A stretch of 63,994 nucleotides of DNA, filler included, from Octopus bimaculoides (GCF_001194135.2; 5 parts of 5 records of this genome joined end to end with filler, not necessarily neighbours in it), one strand, 5' to 3'; shown: positions 26,788 to 39,968, counted from the whole stretch's first letter. The notes: generated by a model not told the origin, from the sequence alone. Numbers and translations: made by a program.

Positions 26788-26833
<46 letters not shown>

Positions 26834-28913
26834 TACATATACATATTTACACATAGATATATACATAAACATGTATGCGTATATACATACATGAATATAT
26901 ATGTTTATTTATATCGAGAGAGAAAGAGAGAGGTTGGCAAAATATATGCAAGTGTAGAACATGCTGATATATTGAACAAAAATAGGCGGTTATAAACAGA
27001 AATGGAAAGACTTAGAAATTGATGCAGACACACATACCGAAATATTTCTGCGTACAATGAAATGACGTACACTGGAAATATTTACAATGGCGAGACTGGT
27101 TGGTTTAGTTACATTTTCTGATGTCATTGAAATGGAATATGTCCAAAAGAATTGATCTTATTTGACAGTTAAATGTAGAAAAAAAACTGTTTCCTAATCA
27201 AAAGGCTTTGTATTCGTGGTCTCTAAACTATCCCTGTTTCACACGGATAGTGTGGAAATGGATATATACGTGTTGACGCCTTTCATGGATAGAAGCTGTG
27301 AACAAGGATAACGTGACAAGAGAATACTATATGAAGTTAAAGACGATAAGGCTGCTGGAGTTTTCTTTCTAAACTAAAAAAAGTAACTCAAAATAAATCT
27401 GGGTACTAACACTTATGATGCTTGTCTTTTCTGTTGTGGATATCCGTTCCGATTGCTTTCGAATTTGTATGGTCCAGAAGACCACTACACACTTCTACAA
27501 AAATAGAGATGCAGAAATGTTCTATTATTGAAACAAAGATTCAGAAAGGTTTGAGTGACGTACGCTATTATTCGAACTGCATCTGAAAAACAACGACAGC
27601 AATACTAATTACAAAAGATAGGTAATCAAAAGTGAAGTGGTAAACATCTTACGGGTAGCTAATAGTCTTCACAAGGTGTACTCTCTAGGGACTCTCTACA
27701 CAAATATACTAAATTTGCAGGACTAGTATACCACACCTTGGAAAGAATTAGTCTTCATACAGGAAAGATTATGTATAATGCATGTTTCCTATACGCTTCA
27801 GCATGACCATAAAACGTAAACCAACATGAATTTGCTACCCATGGTATATGTTACCCACGGTAAATTGTTAAAGATTATCATTTTACAATCCGAGGGATAA
27901 TTATGAAATATTTAACAAACAAAAGCGACAGCAGAGCATTTAAACCGTCGACGTACAACCAAAAATTTATTTCTTTAGGACAAATGATATTGTAGCTGTA
28001 CCCAAACGTTCTACTAGCAACGTTTATGTTAGGGTTATTTTTGATAAAGAATATATATACATACATGCACTCCAACAGAGAAATTAGTTTTGGAACTATC
28101 GCATCAAAATGTCATCCGATAGCAAATATAACTGTAACCATATTGCTGGTGAGACGTATATGAATGCATATACAAAACTAGGCATGTAGACAGTGCTATA
28201 ATTTCATTTGCGAAGGTCAATTTTTTAGCGGAATTGATATTTCTCATCTCAGTATCGAACAATAAATATGTAACATTTCTAAACTTCAAAAACTTTTCAA
28301 TACCTACATTTCCTTTAAGGAAACCAAAGACTATATTAGACAGTTGAACTATATACGATCCGTATATGTACTACTTATGAGATTCTGTAAGGTTTAAACA
28401 ACAATGTATAGAAACGTAGACACGACACTCCACATGAAATGATATGAAATATATTAAAGAAAGCCGAAGCATATACAGAAAAAGTGTGTCAAATTTGACT
28501 GGCAGAAACATCATAAATATTTATGGCTACAGGTCCACTGTTCAATAAAATTTCAGTGACAATATCGTGGTGTAACAATAAACTATGTCTACATTAATAA
28601 ATAATTTTTATACGATCGTATAAACTGTTTTCCTCTAAACATCACTGAAATCCTCTTTGAATGCTGTATATGTCGTACTAAAATAATAAGCAAACAAATT
28701 GAGATAAGAATTTAATACTACTGCTTTGAACTCGGACTGCACTTGTAGCAAAAATGTAATAATGTTACATAATTTGACATACATTTGTAAACGGTACACT
28801 AAGGGATATGTATGACTTGTAAACAGATATATGTATGTATGTATGCATATATATATATATATATATATANNNNNNNNNNNNNNNNNNNNNNNNNNNNNNN
28901 NNNNNNNNNNNNN

Positions 28914-28925
28914 TTAATTAATTAA
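28914..28925. other. Assembly spacer TTAATTAATTAA in 44N+12+44N (also at 51636-51647, 57355-57366, 62584-62595)
   Basis: Four identical 100-bp gaps containing a six-frame-stop linker; a scaffolding artefact. Confidence 0.95.
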
Positions 28926-28969
28926 NNNNNNNNNNNNNNNNNNNNNNNNNNNNNNNNNNNNNNNNNNNN

Positions 28970-29190
28970 ACCCTCCGCCACTACTAACTTGGTCACCAAG
29001 ATAGCGGAAGCTATCAACCACTTCTAGTTTTTCTCCCTGGAATGTGGTAGAAGTTGTTTTCTGCACATTTACAGTGTTTATAGCTCCTGAACATCTGCTA
29101 CAAACAAAAACTAACTTCCTAGTTAACCTTCCTTTGATATTGCTGCACCTTTTAATGTAAAAACATTATTTATTGAATGAAAATTTTTGA
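28970..29190 (-). mobile_element. RTE-clade LINE fragment (post-RT region)
   Basis: Minus-strand FVCSRCSGAINT..GEKLEVVDSFRYLGDQVSSGGG. Confidence 0.75.
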
Positions 29191-29366
29191 ATGCGGGATA
29201 GCTGTGAGAAGAGCCTAGAAAGTTGGGTAATTACTATTAGAAGACAAGAAGAAAAAAATGTTACCGACAAGTACTTGAAACTTGCACCTTATTCACAGTT
29301 TCCAAACATTCTATACCACTAAGCCAATATATACACAAACACGTTGCATGAGCAGCTTCAACAATG

Positions 29367-29397
<31 letters not shown>

Positions 29398-29542
29398 AAT
29401 GAAAGGCGATGAATGTTTGTGTGCTCACTGACAAAACTTCATGCTGCATCACTTATGAAGTCAGTGAATAGGTTGCAGTTTCAAAGCGGCGAAAATATTT
29501 TGACACAAACGAAATTTTAATGTTGAAATGAAACTAGTAATA

Positions 29543-29733
29543 CTTAAATACAGAGGTCCCTTAATGGTACTACTTAAATACAGGTGTTATGCACAAAACA
29601 TTTTAAACGTATACTGTGTGGATGTGTAATGACACCTTAGCCGAAACCCTAACCCTAAAAACTAACCCTCTCCTTCATAGATGCATCGGGACCTCTGTAT
29701 TTAAGCAGGACTTCTGTATTTAAGTAGTGCCAT
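29543..29733. mobile_element. Non-autonomous DNA element with doubled inverted repeats and internal (TAACCC)-like motifs
   Basis: 29543-29560 pairs with 29688-29705 (18/18); 29564-29583 pairs with 29714-29733 (19/20); AAACCCTAACCCTAAAAACTAACCCT inside. Confidence 0.6.
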
Positions 29734-29994
29734 GAAACTAACGGTTTTTGTGTGTTCTTGAATAGCTTACAAACATCTTCTATGCTGCAATTGTTCTTGT
29801 TTCAGCACATGATCTCAGATCAAGTTACTTACTATGCAAGTACATCTTCGTAATTTTTAAAAATCACTGTGGATAAATGCCAGCAATGACCTTCTTAGGC
29901 TCTCCAATATTTTAATTTCTAAACAGAAACAATCGGAGGTAGGAATGGGGTTGCAAAAAATTCATAATTTTTCAAATTTTCTTACCAACTGGTT

Positions 29995-31327
29995 TGCAAT
30001 ACCAACTTCAGGAAACCTGCCTGTCACTTAGTCACCTACCGATCTGGCAGACACTCTAGCCAAATCAACTACATCCTCGCCAGAAATAGAGAAAGAGGGC
30101 GGCTTATAAATGCCAAAACCTTCCCTGGCGAAGAATGTACCCCTCAACACAGATTAGTAGTTAGCGACTTCGGGATCAAGGCAAAATGGGTGCCCAGAAG
30201 TAGACCGGCTTGGAGGAGAAGGGTGTGGAAGCTTAAAGACCCTGCAAATGGATGGAGATTTAGAGACATGTTACTCGAAGCATTTGACAAAACAGAAGGG
30301 GATATAGCATCATACAACGTGGAAGACAATTGGAGATTTCTGCGGGACAACCTGCTGAGAGCCACCGACCAGATCTGTGGCTGGTGTAAAGTCCCCTCTC
30401 AACCCAGAGTAACGTAGTGGTGGAGCAAGGAGGTAGACAGGGCTATTAGACAAAAGAAACAGGCTTGGAAGGACTGGAAGAACGGTGGTAGCAGGGAATT
30501 GTACCAGACTGCCAGAAGGGAAGCTAGGCGACAGGTTTATTTAGCCAGAGGGGAAGCAGATAAGAAAAAATTTGCCAATGTTCTGCGCCATGAGGACCAA
30601 AGNNNNNNNNNNNNNNNNNNNNNNNNNNNNNNNNNNNNNNNNNNNNNNNNNNNNNNNNNNNNNNNNNNNNNNNNNNNNNNNNNNNNNNNNNNNNNNNNNN
30701 NNNNNNNNNNNNNNNNNNNNNNNNNNNNNNNNNNNNNNNNNNNNNNNNNNNNNNNNNNNNNNNNNNNNNNNNNNNNNNNNNNNNNNNNNNNNNNNNNNNN
30801 NNNNNNNNNNNNNNNNNNNNNNNNNNNNNNNNNNNNNNNNNNNNNNNNNNNNNNNNNNNNNNNNNNNNNNNNNNNNNNNNNNNNNNNNNNNNNNNNNNNN
30901 NNNNNNNNNNNNNNNNNNNNNNNNNNNNNNNNNNNNNNNNNNNNNNNNNNNNNNNNNNNNNNNNNNNNNNNNNNNNNNNNNNNNNNNNNNNNNNNNNNNN
31001 NNNAAAGCAATTAAGAGTATGAAGACAGGGAAAGCCCCCGGCCCATCAGGAATCACTGCAGAGATGCTCAAAATATCTGGCAGTGTCGGCTATAGCCTAG
31101 TCACCCGTATTGCAAACCAGGTGATACACGAAGGAGTCATACCCAATAACTGGTGTAGCAGCACCATAGTCAACTGCTACAAAGGTAAAGGTGACGCTTT
31201 AGATACAAATAATTACAGAGGCATCAAGCTGTTAGATCAGGTAATGAAAGTCACGGAGAGGGTCATAGCCCAACTAATTAGGGAGCGAATCAATTTAGAG
31301 GAGATGCAGTTTGGGTTTGTGCCATGT
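29995..31327 (+). mobile_element. RTE-clade LINE, endonuclease end to RT start (gapped, with stops)
   Basis: TYRSG..SQINYIL..EECTPQHRLVV, KAPGPSGITAEMLK, YKGKGDALDTNNYRGIKLL, MQFGF. Confidence 0.9.
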
Positions 31328-32404
31328 TCATAATTTTTACTAGGAGACAGATGATATTGATTGGTCCTATATCCTCATCTGACCATTACCCAGGAGCTAA
31401 CTCCTGATTTGTTTTCATCCACCTTCATTCCAAGGTTGAAGCCAGTGGCTACTGACAGGTTGCCACCAAGTCGGCCAAGAAATCCTATCTTCCCCAGTTT
31501 TTAAAGGAGAGTGTTACTTCTTGTAGAAGGACTACCAACCAAAGCTCACGAGTTCTGTCTACCCATTTGAGATGGCCATTGACTCTCCTGAGTTCCTCTG
31601 CCCTTTGTTGGGTTTTGTTTTTCATCCCATAGAGTATCCAAACTTCACCCTCCTCACCAAGCAAGCTTAGTGGGGTTGCCAACCGCCTGACCATGTGATG
31701 GTTGCACTCCAACGCGTTAATCATTATCACTTATTATTTACTTATTTATTATTATCATCCCTACTTCTACTACTTTCCCTTCCACCATGTTTACCTATTA
31801 TTATCATTGCCATTATTGCTAACACCATTATTATTTCTATTATTTGTTGGCATTGTTGTCAGTGGTGGTGGTAGCTCTGTTGTAATATGTGTTGTTATTG
31901 TGAGTTGTCACTGTCATAGTAGTTAACATTTTGTCATTCAAGTAATATTCTTATCTTCTGTAGGCTCAGTGGCACTGCTGCTGTCATTGCCTCTATTGCT
32001 GTTTTTCAGTGACTGTCCCTGTTCTTCTCTTCTGGTCCTGTTGTAACTGCCTTCTGTAGTCCTGATGGCTCTGTTCCTGACATCATCATTGCTATTTTTT
32101 GAGTTGTTGATTCTGATTTTGTCTTCGCTACTTTCTTTAGCCACCTAGGGATGGCAGATATCAGCCTGTTAGTTTAGTTGCTGCTGTCACTGTCACCCTA
32201 TATAGAAGGGCGAGGATGCTTGACTAGTGTTGTGGTATATTGGTATATGGGGGTGGTGTAAGGGGTTTCATGTAGGAGCAAAGACAGGTTGGACAGAACA
32301 TAGCTAGCCAAAATATAGAAACACATTTACATGTATTAACATCAATATATTTATATAGATGACTATTCCATAAGCATCTCAAAGTTTTATTATTATTTTT
32401 ATTA

Positions 32405-32625
32405 AGGCAATGAGCTGGCAGAATTGTTAGCATGCTGGGCAAAATGCTTAGCAGCATTTTGTCCGTCCTTACATTCTGAGTTCAAATTCTGCTGAGGTGA
32501 AGTTTGCATTTCATCCTTTTGGGGGTTGATGAAATAAGTACCAGTTGTGTACCATTACACAACTGGTACTTATAATTGACTAGTCCCTCCTCCTAAATTT
32601 CAGGCCTTGTGCCTTTAGTTGACAG
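32405..32625 (+). mobile_element. SINE family A, CpG-depleted copy
   Basis: Same consensus with systematic CG>TG/CA changes (GGCAATGAGCTGGCAGAATTGTTAGCATGCTGGGCAAAATG). Confidence 0.8.
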
Positions 32626-32629
32626 GATT

Positions 32630-32960
32630 ATTATTATTATTATTATTATCTTTTTCATGCTACTTTAGTTAGCAGGGATATTCTCTTGACATTTGGTGAC
32701 AACAAATCTCAAGAATGTAGAATCTTTCACAGAATTCTTGCAGGGTGCTACTTTTCTGCAGGTCGATAATGCACATTTCAGTCCCAATATCCTTCTGCCT
32801 CTTAGGGAGCAGTTTGGTTGTTGTGCAAAGTAACCCAATTAGGAACAATTTTCATCTTTGCCTTCTGCAATCTCTTTATCTCTCTGACAAGGTTTTGATA
32901 TTTCTCAATGTATATAGTATCCACTCCATTATCAAATCATATAGTATTACAAATTCCTAA
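32630..32960 (-). mobile_element. R4/Dong-like 3' end followed by (TAA)n
   Basis: Minus-strand IEKYQNLVREIKRLQKAKMKIVP..IIDLQK..ARIL; ends ..AAAAGATAATAATAATAATAAT. Confidence 0.7.
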
Positions 32961-33329
32961 ACTGTGTTTTTTTTTGTTTTTTTTTCCTCTACAATTGTAA
33001 TTGATCTCCTTTCTTCAAATAACATAGTCAGATTCTATATTGAAATCCCATGAAATTCTGTACTTTTTTATTCATCCTTACAACTTCTGGCTCATGGTCA
33101 TACCACTTTTCTGTCATTTAGAATTGACTTTGCCATTTATTCTTCTAAGATTAATGAAGTGAATACCAATAAAGTGCATTGGTCAACTTCATTTGACCCC
33201 CCAAAAGTGTGGCCTTGTGCCTTATTATCATCATCATCATGGTGGCGAGCTGGCAGAGTTGTTAGCATGCTGGTTGAAATGCTTAGTGGTATTTTGTCCG
33301 TCTTCACATTCTGAGTTCAAATTCTGCCA

Positions 33330-34267
33330 AGATGATTGCGCTGGTATGGACATGTGGCAAGAATGGATGAGGAAAGCTGTGTGAAAAAGTGCCACACCCT
33401 AGCAGTTGAGGGAACCTGTGGAAGAGGTAGACCCAGGAAGACCTGGGATGAGGTGGTGAAGCACAACCTTCAAACCTTAGGCCTCACCGAGGCAATGACC
33501 AGTAACCGGGACCTTTGGAAATATGCAGTACGTGAGAAGACCCGGCAAGGCAAGTGAGAGCATAATCTGTGATCTCTGCCAGAAGTGTAGGCAGCTCACT
33601 AATCCGTATCTTTACTTCATTGGACACTAAAAACCCTGCTTGCGAAGACTTGTTGAGGCAAGTGAATTTGGAATTTGGAATTTGAATCTGAAATCAAAAT
33701 CGAATCTGACGACTGGCACCCATGCCAACCTCTCCTTCAATTGACACTAAACTCTGCTTGTGAAGACCTGTTGGGACAAGTGAAATCGAAATTGTACCAT
33801 ACTCGATGACTGGTCACCGCGCCAGTGGAGCACTAACTGCACTGTCGAGCATGTTCATTGCCAGAGAGCTGTCTGGCTTCTGTGCTAGTGGCCCGTAAAT
33901 AGCACCATTAGAGCGTAATCGTTACCACCGTTGCCTTCTAGCACTTGTGCTGGTGGCACGTTAGAAAATCATTCGAGTGAGGTCATTGCCAGTGCCACTG
34001 GACTGGCTCCCGTGCAGGTGGCACATAAAAAACACCTTTTGAGTATGGCCGTTTACCAGTACTGTGTGACTGGCCCTCGTGCCGGTGGCACATAAAAGCA
34101 CCCACTACACTCTCAGAGTGGTTGGCGTTAGGAAGGGCATCTAACTGTAGAAACTCTGCCAGATCAGATTGGAGCCTGGTGCAGCCTTCTGGCTTGCCAG
34201 TCCTCAATCAAATCGTCCAACCCATGCTAGCATGGAAAGCAGATGTTAAATGATGATGATGATGATG

Positions 34268-34268
<1 letters not shown>
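33330..34268 (+). mobile_element. RTE LINE 3' end: ORF C-terminus, long 3' UTR and (GAT)n tail
   Basis: RWYGHVARMDEESCVKK..GRGRPRKTWDEVVKH..DLWKYAV; terminal CCAACCCATGCTAGCATGGAAAG followed by (GAT)n. Confidence 0.9.
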
Positions 34269-34306
<38 letters not shown>

Positions 34307-34353
34307 ATTATTATTTTTATTTTTATTATTTATTATTGTTGTTGTGGTTGTTA

Positions 34354-34364
<11 letters not shown>

Positions 34365-34386
<22 letters not shown>

Positions 34387-34715
34387 GTTTAACGTCCACT
34401 TTCCATGTTAGCATGGGTTGGACGATTTGACTGAGGACTGGTGCAACCGGATGGCTACACCAGGCTCCAATCTAATTTGGCAGAGTTTCTACAGCTGGAT
34501 GCCCTTCCTAACGCCAACCACTCAGAGAGTGTAGTGGGTGCTTTTACGTGTCACCCGCACAAAAACAGCCACGCTCGAAATGGTGTCTTTTATGTGCCAC
34601 CCGCACAAGAGCCAGTCCAGGGGCACTGGCAACGATCTCGCTCGAAAACCCTACAAAAGCCAGTCAGGCGGTACTGGCAACGGTCACGCTCAAGATGGTA
34701 CATCTTATGTGTCAC
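34365..34715 (-). mobile_element. RTE 3' UTR end, tail-to-tail with the preceding copy
   Basis: (CAT)n followed by the reverse complement of the 34055-34255 terminus. Confidence 0.9.
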
Positions 34716-35666
34716 CNNNNNNNNNNNNNNNNNNNNNNNNNNNNNNNNNNNNNNNNNNNNNNNNNNNNNNNNNNNNNNNNNNNNNNNNNNNNNNNNNNNN
34801 NNNNNNNNNNNNNNNNNNNNNNNNNNNNNNNNNNNNNNNNNNNNNNNNNNNNNNNNNNNNNNNNNNNNNNNNNNNNNNNNNNNNNNNNNNNNNNNNNNNN
34901 NNNNNNNNNNNNNNNNNNNNNNNNNNNNNNNNNNNNNNNNNNNNNNNNNNNNNNNNNNNNNNNNNNNNNNNNNNNNNNNNNNNNNNNNNNNNNNNNNNNN
35001 NNNNNNNNNNNNNNNNNNNNNNNNNNNNNNNNNNNNNNNNNNNNNNNNNNNNNNNNNNNNNNNNNNNNNNNNNNNNNNNNNNNNNNNNNNNNNNNNNNNN
35101 NNNNNNNNNNNNNNNNNNNNNNNNNNNNNNNNNNNNNNNNNNNNNNNNNNNNNNNNNNNNNNNNNNNNNNNNNNNNNNNNNNNNNNNNNNNNNNNNNNNN
35201 NNNNNNNNNNNNNNNNNNNNNNNNNNNNNNNNNNNNNNNNNNNNNNNNNNNNNNNNNNNNNNNNNNNNNNNNNNNNNNNNNNNNNNNNNNNNNNNNNNNN
35301 NNNNNNNNNNNNNNNNNNNNNNNNNNNNNNNNNNNNNNNNNNNNNNNNNNNNNNNNNNNNNNNNNNNNNNNNNNNNNNNNNNNNNNNNNNNNNNNNNNNN
35401 NNNNNNNNNNNNNNNNNNNNNNNNNNNNNNNNNNNNNNNNNNNNNNNNNNNNNNNNNNNNNNNNNNNNNNNNNNNNNNNNNNNNNNNNNNNNNNNNNNNN
35501 NNNNNNNNNNNNNNNNNNNNNNNNNNNNNNNNNNNNNNNNNNNNNNNNNNNNNNNNNNNNNNNNNNNNNNNNNNNNNNNNNNNNNNNNNNNNNNNNNNNN
35601 NNNNNNNNNNNNNNNNNNNNNNNNNNNNNNNNNNNNNNNNNNNNNNNNNNNNNNNNNNNNNNNNNN

Positions 35667-36044
35667 TCTGAATATTTTTTTATTATACCTAAGGCACCTA
35701 CTATGATAGGAATTGCTTCTGTTTTTAGATTCCACATTCGAGTCTTTGTATTTTGAAAGTTTCTCCATTTCTTTTAGGGAAACGTTGTCATCTGCTGGTA
35801 TTGATACATCAATTAGAAAGCATTTTTTTCCTTCATGATCTTTGACAATTATATCTGGTATATTGGCCTTAATTTCTCTATCTGTGTGTATTGGCATATC
35901 CCAGAGTATGGTTGCTTTCTCGTTTTCTGTGACCTTTTCTGGCGTGTGTTTATACCATCTTTTTTCTGTTGTTATTCCATAGTGTTGGCATAGCTTCCGG
36001 TGTATATAGGTCCCAGCTCTGTTGTGTCTGTGAATATATTCCTT
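35667..36044 (-). mobile_element. R4/Dong-like endonuclease fragment, 5'-truncated against a (TAA)n array
   Basis: YIHRHNRAG..WYKHTPEKVTENEKATILWDMPIHTDREIKANIPDIIVKD..LIDVSIP..KYKD/MWNLKTEAIPIIVGALG (PD..D restriction-like endonuclease). Confidence 0.85.
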
Positions 36045-36069
36045 CATTATTATTATTATTATTAATATT

Positions 36070-36101
<32 letters not shown>

Positions 36102-36184
36102 CATTATTATTATTATTATTCACTGCACCCCCAAAATTGAGAGAGATTTAGTTTTGCATGTGGCATATTCTAGATAATTGTTTC

Positions 36185-36365
36185 AAATGGTACAAGGCCA
36201 GAAATTTTAGGATAGGAGATAGTCAATTGATTACAGTTATCCCTGTGCTCAACTGGTATTTGTTTTATTGACCCCAAGAGGATGAAAGGCAAAATTAACT
36301 TCAGCACACCAGAAGAAATACTGTTAGGCTTTGCTTCTGGTGTGCTAGTGATTCTGCTAACTCAC
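36185..36365 (-). mobile_element. SINE family A, CpG-depleted
   Basis: CTGGTATTTG..GGATGAAAGGCAAA..GATTCTGCTAACTCACC. Confidence 0.65.
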
Positions 36366-36630
36366 CATCCTTCATATTCCAGATAACAATATCTTTTAGT
36401 TTCTACCATATCTGACATTATTGTTTGAGCAATCACTCTCATCCTTACATATTGAAATATGAATTCAAAAGTCAATGACCATATCCCAGATACTTTTTGT
36501 ACTTTCTTCTATTGCTTATTTCACTTATTTTAGCTGTAAGCAAAATATGAATATTGATATCCTTCTTACTCATATTCCTAACCCATATTCTCTCCCTCAG
36601 ATTATATGGGACATATATTAGCAATGAACA

Positions 36631-36666
<36 letters not shown>

Positions 36667-37083
36667 GCAATGAATCATTTACAGTACATAAAGAGAACCC
36701 ATAAGCGAATGGGAAAATGGCTTGAATGTAATTTTTGGATGATTAATGTTATTTATGAAGAAGTTACATGTTAGCTAGCTAAGAAAGTAACCATGAAAGC
36801 TGACTATATTTGGAGTAAACATTTAATATGAAGAGGCTGGTTGCAAACATATTGTGAGTTGTTTCTATAAAATAACTTAGATGAGCTAATTTTAAGAAGA
36901 CTTAGGAAGAAATAGTAAAGACAAGTTTAGGAAAAATTGTATCACATAAATTAGACAACCTAAGATCATGATACATTGCTGATGGTTTAAATCTATACTA
37001 ACATGAAAAACAGTAAAATTGCTTATGATAATGACTATAATATTAACTTAAAATTGCTATCAACATTTACATTTTTGTTTTAG

Positions 37084-37500
37084 GTGCATAGTACTAATGT
37101 GGCAAAAGACCTGTTATCAATATCTATTGTGAAACGTCTCTTTGAATACTACAGAAAACAAGGGAAGAAAAATAAAGTGATGCAACACCCACCATACATT
37201 TTCCTGAAACAAAATTATCGTAGCTGTAAAGAAATTGTTAATTTCTTGGCTTATTCTTTCTATGGTCTTTCTCATGAGATGACTTCAAAAGTTGAAAATC
37301 CTGTAAGTGACATGAAAGCTTTGCAGTTTTACTCTGTAGAAGGCACTGCTGAAACTTTGCCCCAAAATATGTCATATTATAATAAGATGGAGGCTGAGAA
37401 AGTACGAACTATTGTGAAAGATGTGATGAAATCTTGGCCAGATGAAGAGGAAAAATTGTTGCCAGAAGAGATTTGTGTTGTTTCAAATGAACAGAATCAG
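37084..37500 (+). CDS. HELZ2: HELZ/HELZ2-family SF1B RNA helicase, internal exon A (after motif III, includes motif IV)
   Basis: tttgttttag|GTG acceptor, CAG|gtaaag donor, 139 open codons; LKQNYRSCKEIVNFLAYSFY is a Upf1-like motif IV. Family-level call; HELZ is not excluded. Confidence 0.85.
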
Positions 37501-38811
37501 GTAAAGATCCTACATTGTTTTTTGTGGGCAAAAAAGAATTGTATTTATTTGTGTATAATATGCACTGGTGTTTAATGTGCAAAACTGATTATGGGCAATG
37601 AAATACTGGAAAAAATATGTGTAATAATATGCCATGACATTTCTTTAGTTTAACGGTAAAAACAGAATTTAGCCAGGTTTACTATACTTGCTATATAAGA
37701 TAAATTGAGAAATTTCATACTTTCTCAATAAAACAAAAGCAAATATGAAAGTAACTTTTGAACTTTATTTGTATAGGTATAAACATTTGTGTAAAGTTAA
37801 CATTTTGGAAGTTATACAATCTGTGTTATTGATAAATGTATATGATGTTGTTTTTGAAAACTATTTATTTTCTCTAAAATAGCTGACAAACTCTACGTTT
37901 CTAAATAGAACATGTATCAGACAGTGAAATTTATAGGTGATATTTTAATGAAATCCTGAAATTCCTTCAACTTGTCTTCAAATTCTTCTGGCAGTTTTGT
38001 GCTTTGTGAGTTGGACTCCAGCCAAGACTAATTTCTAAGTTGTTAGGAATTTTAATTGTACTGACTTCAATGCTGGTCATACTGCATTATCACCTATTCA
38101 CTAAGGTCTTCTAACTTCAGAAATGCTACAGATTTTTCTGTCTATCTTCTTCAACTTTGGCATGGACTAAATTTGAGATGGGTTTTATCATTTTTTTTTT
38201 TTTGTGCCCAGTATTTTATATGTAATTTGATGGAATATAAATCATGTAAATTTAGATCTATAAAAAAAAAGGAAAAGTAAAAAATGAGATAACTCTTTGT
38301 TTTCATCATAAGGTGCACCAAAATTTCAAAAGTTTCAAAATCTGGTGGGGAAAAGTGTATCTCGTATATGAATAATCATGGTAGTTAGTTCTTGAACTTC
38401 AAAGGAAATTATTATTTCTTTGATAATCTTCACAGGGTTACATTTTTGTATTCTGTAGTATTTGTTATAGTCTTTTGAACATATAGAAGAATGGGTTAAT
38501 AATTCAGAAAGATCAAATTCAGATCTGATTGTTTTATATTCTGTTTCCTTCAGCAAGTAAGAACATTCTAACTGCATTATTTACCCACTTAACATATATA
38601 CTTTTCACATAATTTATATACAGTATTTGAGAAAAACTAAGCATTTAGAATTATTTGGGGAACTGACTATCACTTAATGCAAACATTCTCATTTGTTGAA
38701 TCAGTATAGTCTCAAAATAATAAATAATTCTATATCTTTTATTTATTCTGATAAAGCCTTGTTTGGTTTGTTATTATAAAATGCACCCACCCAGTGAAAT
38801 AAAATATATTG

Positions 38812-39210
38812 GGCACAGGTATGGCTGTGTGGTAAGAATCTTGCTTCCCAACCACATGATTCTGGGTTCAGTCCCACTGCATGGCACCTTGGGTAAATGT
38901 CTTCTATGATAGCCTCAGTCCTACCAAAGCCTTGTGAAGGAATTTGGTAGGCAGAAACTGAAAGACTCCCCCCCCCCATATGTGTGTGTGTTTGTGTCTG
39001 TGTTTGTCCCCACCACCACCACCACTTGATAATTGGTGCTGGTGTGTTTACATCCCCATAACTTAATGGTTCATCAAAAGAGACCAATAGAATAAGTACC
39101 AGGCTTTAAAAGATAAGTACTGAGACCGATACATTTGACTAAAACATTCTCCAAGATGGTGCCCCTGCATGGCTGCAGTTTAGTGACTGAAACAAGTAAA
39201 AGATAAAAGA
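38812..39210 (+). mobile_element. SINE family B, full length
   Basis: GGCTGTGTGGTAAG head, core, (GT)n, tail GGTGCCCCTGCATGGCTGCAG..GAAACAAGTAAAAGA. Confidence 0.85.
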
Positions 39211-39968
39211 TTAATATCACAGAGATTATAATAAGCGAATCACAAATTTGGCTAGAACATATGGTAGCACTCACTAGAAAACCAGACTAAAATACAGTAT
39301 ATCTGTCATACAGTATATCTGTCATACAGTATATATACTGTAGTTTGCAACTTTTAGTTGCCTTCCTTTCAACCGTTTCAAGAGACATTCTCAATTCATA
39401 GCTTTCCCTCAGGTATTGTGTAAGTCATGTGAAAAGTTGTAATATGAGTTATATTAATCTTATTAACAATTCTTTGGCTTAATATATGGTTTTTGATAAA
39501 TTTACAAATGTGTTAAATCTCAGAACAGTGAGAGAGTCTCCATGTTCACTTGATCTGCAAAAAATAACAACCAAATTTCCCTCAAATTAGACTGCCATCT
39601 TCAAAAAAGGAAGATCTAATGGATATTGTAGTCTCCTAATGCTTAGGAAAAAATGGTGGGATAGTCATAGCTGGAATATCTTGATCTTAGGTCTACTCAG
39701 TTAAAGATGACCTGGTGCTAAACTACAACATGGACTATTGATCATTGTATTTGACAAGTTCATAATACTGGATCTTAATCAGTTTTCTGTTCACTTATTT
39801 TCTTACCTTAACCAGGAACACTGTATTACTAATAAACTCATCATTAACTGGCAATGACAATACAGCCTGCATTTCCTATTCTAATTACGATCATAAAATC
39901 AGATAAAATGAATGACTAGATCACATATCATTACAGTTATATCGTAAAAATTATTTATATTTTCATAG

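Noticed and set aside
1-28869. Upstream helicase exons (motifs I-III)
   Set aside because: Looked for GPxGTGKT, DEA and GDxxQ coding and did not see them; they may lie in gaps or another contig.
28870-28969. TTAATTAATTAA palindrome recurring four times
   Set aside because: Always centred in exactly 44N+12+44N; a scaffolding linker, not biology.
29644-29669. Telomere or interstitial telomeric site
   Set aside because: Only about three imperfect units inside a small inverted-repeat element.
31330-32160. Possible LINE 5' end or ORF (minus-strand ORFs 31485 and 31938)
   Set aside because: No motif I can assign; left unclassified.
37501-37575. C-terminal extension of ORF 37084-37575
   Set aside because: Lies past a canonical GT donor; helicase similarity continues in exon 39969-40035 instead.
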